Shown: positions 61,249-64,000 of the stretch, in pieces
How the letters are laid out: every line of letters starts with the position of its first letter
Position numbering within the stretch: position 1 is the stretch's first letter
From: Eledone cirrhosa
Taxonomy: Eukaryota
Assembly (NCBI GenBank): GCA_964016885.1
Contig: OZ024743.1
Location: 286,006,001-286,070,000, forward strand
Length of the DNA stretch: 64,000 nt
Direction of reading: 5' to 3'
The notes under the pieces: generated by a model
What the model was told of the DNA's origin: nothing
What the model saw: only the letters and a program-made list of their open reading frames with translations
The model's database searches: none
Program-made: the position numbers and the translations under genes

Positions 61249-62271
61249 GTTCATAAAATAGTTTTAGGAGCTGTATGTCCAAAATTAATGCCTACACTTC
61301 ATTCATCAAATGATTCATTTCCCAAAGTGGTGCTTCCATCTTCAGTCAGTAAAGATGCTCTATTAGCATTTGCAGAGTACATGTACAGTGGTGTGTTAGA
61401 TCTGAATGAAGATATTCTTGTCCAACTGAAGACTATTGGTGAAAAATTAGATATGAAAGATTTTGAACAACTTTGTATTAATGAATTGAACAAAGCTAGA
61501 GCAAAAAATATTTTGTCAGCTGTGGTGGAACCTTTGTTGGCAGAACCTTGTTCTTTATCAGGATTATTCTCTCCCAGAACACAAGGGGATTCTAATGAGG
61601 TTCAAAACTCAATATTAATGAAAATATTTGGAAATATTTACAGCAATAATAATAACAACAATAATAATAACATGCAAGCAGATGTTGCTGTTAGCATTGC
61701 ATCTAGATCCAGTCCATCTTCTGCTTCTGATGTAAGGTTTGCAGAAAATATGTTTGTGGACCAGATTAACATCAAGACTGAAGTGGAACCAGAAATAGAG
61801 CCCTCTATTCCTGATGAAAATCAAAATTGTATCCAAGAAGAATTATTCTTGGATATTGGTAATATTACTTCCAATAATGACCTTCATCTCACACCTGCTT
61901 CCACTGATGGAAATCTCAATAAAGACAATGATTTAACAGTTACTTCAAATAACCAGTATAGAGATAATATAGAAATGGATTCCTGTGATATCATCAATAT
62001 ATCTAATATCCATCGATCTGAAGAGACTTGTTTATCACAACATACAGAAAACTGTGATAAAGAGACAGAAAATCAGAAAGAATTACAGTTAATTTCAGTA
62101 ACATCTGCAACAGGCAATATAAGTGAAGACAGTCTCAGCAATAATTCTGATGTAATAGAGATCTCCAGTACCATGTGCACAAATACAGACCCACCTCAAA
62201 CATCAAATTCTCTACCATACCCTGTTAGCTTATTTTCAGTGAATGACGGTGGATATACAACTATAGAGTAA
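61249..62271 (+). CDS. BTB gene C exon 4 (BTB/POZ core plus tail, stop TAA)
   Basis: Acceptor gttttcAG; VHKIVLGAVCP...EYMYSGVLDLNEDILVQLKTIGEKLDMKDFEQLC. 1023-nt open frame with a poly-Asn run. Confidence 0.9.
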   Translation, partial: VHKIVLGAVCPKLMPTLHSSNDSFPKVVLPSSVSKDALLAFAEYMYSGVLDLNEDILVQLKTIGEKLDMKDFEQLCINELNKARAKNILSAVVEPLLAEPCSLSGLFSPRTQGDSNEVQNSILMKIFGNIYSNNNNNNNNNMQADVAVSIASRSSPSSASDVRFAENMFVDQINIKTEVEPEIEPSIPDENQNCIQEELFLDIGNITSNNDLHLTPASTDGNLNKDNDLTVTSNNQYRDNIEMDSCDIINISNIHRSEETCLSQHTENCDKETENQKELQLISVTSATGNISEDSLSNNSDVIEISSTMCTNTDPPQTSNSLPYPVSLFSVNDGGYTTIE

Positions 62272-62869
62272 ACATTTTCAATTAAATTTCCCAGTGTATC
62301 AGATTTTGTACAAAATATTTGCAATTATTTTTAAATGCAAATCTCAGGTCTGCTTTCATTGTTCAAATTAATCATCTCCACTTTTACATCAGTCTCATTA
62401 TATCACTGTTATAATTTGCCTTGACAAATTTTATCTGATATCTGCCTAACTGAACTAATATTTTTTTAGAAAACAAACAGAATATAAATTTCATTTTATG
62501 TACTTGGTTTATACAACATATTTTTTGAATTTAAAAAAAAAAATTAAAAAATGAAATAAAGAAATAAAAACGACATTTGATTACTGCCAAATTTTCAATA
62601 AATTTTATATAATTTTTGGAGGATAAAAATTCTGAATTTCTATTTTGATTTTATCGATAAACTTTTTGATTTTGTTGAAAAATTTTAATATAAAATGTCT
62701 TTTGAAATGTTCGAAAGAAAGTTTTGGTGAATAAATAAAAGGGAAGAAAATAATATTTGTAACCTTCAGTTGTTCAGATTTACTTGTCAATGAGTTTAAC
62801 TCTAAACTATCACAGTAAGTACCAGCTAATCTCTGTAAATAACAAGGATACCATTTAAGTGATAACTGT

Positions 62870-63830
62870 TTCAGTGCATGAATGGCATAGCATAAGTGAC
62901 CTGAGAGAAAAACCTAGCGTAAAATGAATTGAATGTAGTGTGCAAGAGAGAAGACTGTGTTGGTATGAACATGAGATGCATATAGAAGATGACAGTTGTT
63001 TAAAGAAGTGCAGAGAAATCTCAGTGATTGGAATTTGTGGAAGAAGCAGACTCAGGAAGACAGAATAATGGAGTAAGAACTGATATTAAGAAGCTGAACC
63101 TGACAAAGGGCCACGAGAACTGGTGACCTACTGTACTGAAGAAGACTTGCCTACCAGCATAAAATTTGATGTGACCTGAATTATCCATGTGCCCCTCCCC
63201 TCTACCAGCACTCCTTAGTAGTTATCCTAGCCATGATTGTACACCCCCACCTAATCCGTGGTTTTTAACTATTTCTCACCATCACTGTACATGCCCACTC
63301 CATTCATGCTCCCTTCCACATCATTCCTTAGTAGCTATTCTCACATCATTACACTCCACTCTAAAATCCTGACACAACAGTCATAACACCACAGAAGCTA
63401 CAATCACCACCTCTTAATCATCATATACACCCATGACATTATACTAATCATCCTCATCTGTAGGGTAGCAAGGGCTCTATATTTGAGTCAATAATATAAC
63501 AACCTCTTTAGTGCTGGTGCCACGAAAAAGGCACCCAATACATCTTATAAGGTGATTGGCGATAAGAAGGGTACCCTTCTGTAGAAACCATGCCAAAAAG
63601 GGCCGAGTGGAGTCTTTAGTTAACAGCAGGACATCCTTTCTAGTGTTGATATACTGTAAAGTGGTTGGTGATAAGAAAAGCATTCAGCTGTAGAAAACTT
63701 GCCACACAAAGGGTCAGGAGTACTCTTCAGTCGTGTCAAAAACATGACAACCTGTCTAGTGTTGGTGTTATATGTAAGAGGGATGTAGGCTCCTAGCCGA
63801 AAGATGGATGTTAAATGATGATGATGATCT
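62870..63830 (+). mobile_element. RTE 3' fragment and tail-SINE units
   Basis: gagagaagactgtgttggtatgaacatg (RL.WY.H), 'ggaagaagcagactcaggaagac', then 'aaagtggttggtgataagaa' units and (GAT)n. Confidence 0.6.
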
Positions 63831-64000
63831 CTAGTTGTATATTTCCAGCTTATGGAAAGTAGGTGTAACAACTACCTTACATAACAAGTTTGGTGGTTTG
63901 TCTCCTCAGATTATGACCTTTATATATCCAACTTAACAGATAATGAAAGGTTGCACTGGTACATTTTATCTGGTGTGGAATTTCCTCATCAATACCTGTG

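Overview
AT-rich, intron-containing, repeat-dense animal DNA. The SINE/RTE repeat complement suggests a coleoid cephalopod, probably an octopus (inference). The main feature is a tandem cluster of three plus-strand, four-exon BTB/POZ genes that I reconstructed by hand from GT-AG sites and intron phases. Gene A is 18457-22681 (~737 aa), gene B is 43410-50623 (~586 aa) and gene C is 54865-62271 (~636 aa). All three share homologous exons 3-4 (BTB plus an acidic/Ser/Asn-rich tail). Their first coding exons differ and carry transposon-type DNA-binding modules: a CENP-B/Tigger(pogo) HTH pair in A, and 23-aa STPR-like repeats in B and C. This puts the DNA-binding domain before the BTB, the reverse of the usual BTB-zinc-finger layout. 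An upstream exon (4347-5092) encodes the end of a THAP domain followed by a CG-1-like domain. The rest of the window is transposable elements and repeats: many decayed RTE-clade LINEs with a PHD-type finger inside the RT region, a Penelope element with inverted pLTRs, a CRE-clade 3' end, mariner remnants, MITEs, a solo LTR, SINEs and two large foldback palindromes. Exon models come from sequence only, with no transcript evidence, and repeat boundaries are approximate.
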